From the NCBI GenBank assembly GCA_963748825.1, contig CAVVKN010000010.1, forward strand, positions 140,760 through 204,759: 64,000 bases of DNA. Reading direction: 5' to 3'. The DNA comes from Methanotrichaceae archaeon (GTDB lineage: Archaea; Halobacteriota; Methanosarcinia; Methanotrichales; Methanotrichaceae). A program made the position numbers and the translations under genes. Of the stretch, positions 62,795 to 64,000 are shown piece after piece; within the stretch, counting starts at the first letter, position 1, and each line of letters starts with the position of its first letter. The notes beneath the pieces were generated by a model. That model was not told the origin of the DNA. It did not search any database and worked only from the letters and a program-made list of their open reading frames with translations.

Positions 62795-63891
62795 AACAAA
62801 TGCTTACTGTTGCTACTATTATTTATAGGACTAATTTTGGAAGATCAAATCATCCAATAGATGTATCAATCAGTACAATTCATCCGTGATGTTCATGGGC
62901 AATGATATCATCGAACAACCAAAGACTGAGGAAGCTTTGCGAAAAGCCAAGCAAGCTGCAAAAGAGAGCAGAGCCCAGTTTGAACAGGTACTCTCGATGA
63001 TATCCGATATCGTGTGGCTCTACGATGTTGATTCTCAGGCACAGAACATTGGCTGCTATATATCGCCGATTGCGGACAAGATGCTGGGCTTGCCGGAAGG
63101 AACCATCGGAAACAGCTTCGACAAATATATTTCATATGTTCATCCTGATGACTTGCCGGCCCTGCAAGAGATTCTTTCCGATGGAATAAGAGCACTTGCA
63201 AGAGACAAAACTGCAGAATACCGTATGAGAAAGGCAGACGGCTCGATCTTTTGGGTTCGTTCCAAGGGTTCGGCCTATCCCCAGCCAGACGGTCGAGTCG
63301 CCATTTTTGGCACCACAAGCGATATCACTGAACGGGCTCTCTTTCTTCAAGGCCCTTATCCTTTTGGGATTGACGAGCATAACGGCTCTCACTGTTTCTA
63401 TTGCTATTTATAGAGCTATTGATGGACAAGGTCGAAAAGTCTAAGGTACAATGAACTTGCGGAGTCCGGAACGCCGAATATCATGCAAATATCTTCCGAA
63501 AGATGTATAAAGCCGCTAAAGAGAGCAGAGCCCAGTTTGAACAGGTAGTCTCGATGATATACGATATCTTATGGCGCTATGATGTTGATTCTCGGATACG
63601 GAACATTGGTTCCTATATCTCGCCAGTTGCGGACGAGATGCTGGGCTTGCCGGAAGGTACCATCGGAAACAGCTTCGAAAAATATTGCTCTTATGTTCAT
63701 CCCGATGACTTGCCAGCCCTACAGAAAATGTTTTACGACGGGATGAGTGCATTTGCAGGAGACATAACCGCAGAATACCGTATGAGAAAGGCCGACGGCT
63801 CGATCCTTTGGGTTCGCTCCAGGAGTTCGGCTCATTCCCAGCCGGACGGCCGGATCACAGTTTTTGGCACTACAATTGATATCACTGAACG
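62749..63891. repeat. Imperfect tandem duplication of photolyase 5' end + promoter + PAS coding segment
   Basis: 49-nt identity 62749-62797 = 63335-63383; PAS segments 62961-63334 and 63518-63891 are co-linear. Confidence 0.85.
62886..63413 (+). pseudogene. PAS/PAC domain fragment (truncated sensor)
   Basis: YISP..DKMLG, VHPDD, EYRMRKADGS.FWV and DITER, then runs into the duplicated phr antisense sequence. Confidence 0.7.
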
Positions 63892-64000
63892 CAGGTATGC
63901 GGAGCAGGCGCTACTGGAAAACGGGGAGAGGTCCCGTACTCTTCTTTTGGAACGCTCTCAGGACGCATTGATGACCCTCTCCCCGCCTTTGTGGAGATTC
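63503..64000 (+). CDS. PAS-domain sensor protein, open past the window end
   Basis: MYKAAKESRAQFEQ..VHPDD..EYRMRKADGS..DITERRYAEQAL; frame open to the edge. Confidence 0.7.
   Translation, partial: MYKAAKESRAQFEQVVSMIYDILWRYDVDSRIRNIGSYISPVADEMLGLPEGTIGNSFEKYCSYVHPDDLPALQKMFYDGMSAFAGDITAEYRMRKADGSILWVRSRSSAHSQPDGRITVFGTTIDITERRYAEQALLENGERSRTLLLERSQDALMTLSPPLWRF

Overview
Chromosomal window of an acetoclastic methanogen, most likely Methanothrix (Methanosaeta). This is inferred from three tandem AMP-forming acetyl-CoA synthetases plus archaeal gltX, DGGGP synthase, EF-1beta, TBP, methanofuran enzymes (MfnE/MfnF-like) and an FrhB-family protein. Most of the window is housekeeping, with tRNA-Ala(CGC) at 4115-4186. 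It is interrupted by decayed accessory patches: a TnpB fragment, PIN, DUF4258/YgiT and HicAB toxin-antitoxin remnants, a truncated telA, an IS1-family element, a cas4-cas1 fusion remnant with no CRISPR array, a nifH pseudogene, and a local duplication at the photolyase promoter. The two best candidates for undescribed biology are (i) a CRISPR-independent Cas4-like nuclease split over two overlapping genes, each half carrying a transmembrane helix (38866-39668), and (ii) a cobT + Zn-dehydrogenase + divergent TrpD-like phosphoribosyltransferase cluster (29188-32706) punctuated by CACAGAG palindromic repeats, possibly a cobamide lower-ligand pathway. Three non-coding repeat families are also visible. 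All calls come from reading motifs by eye; no searches were run.
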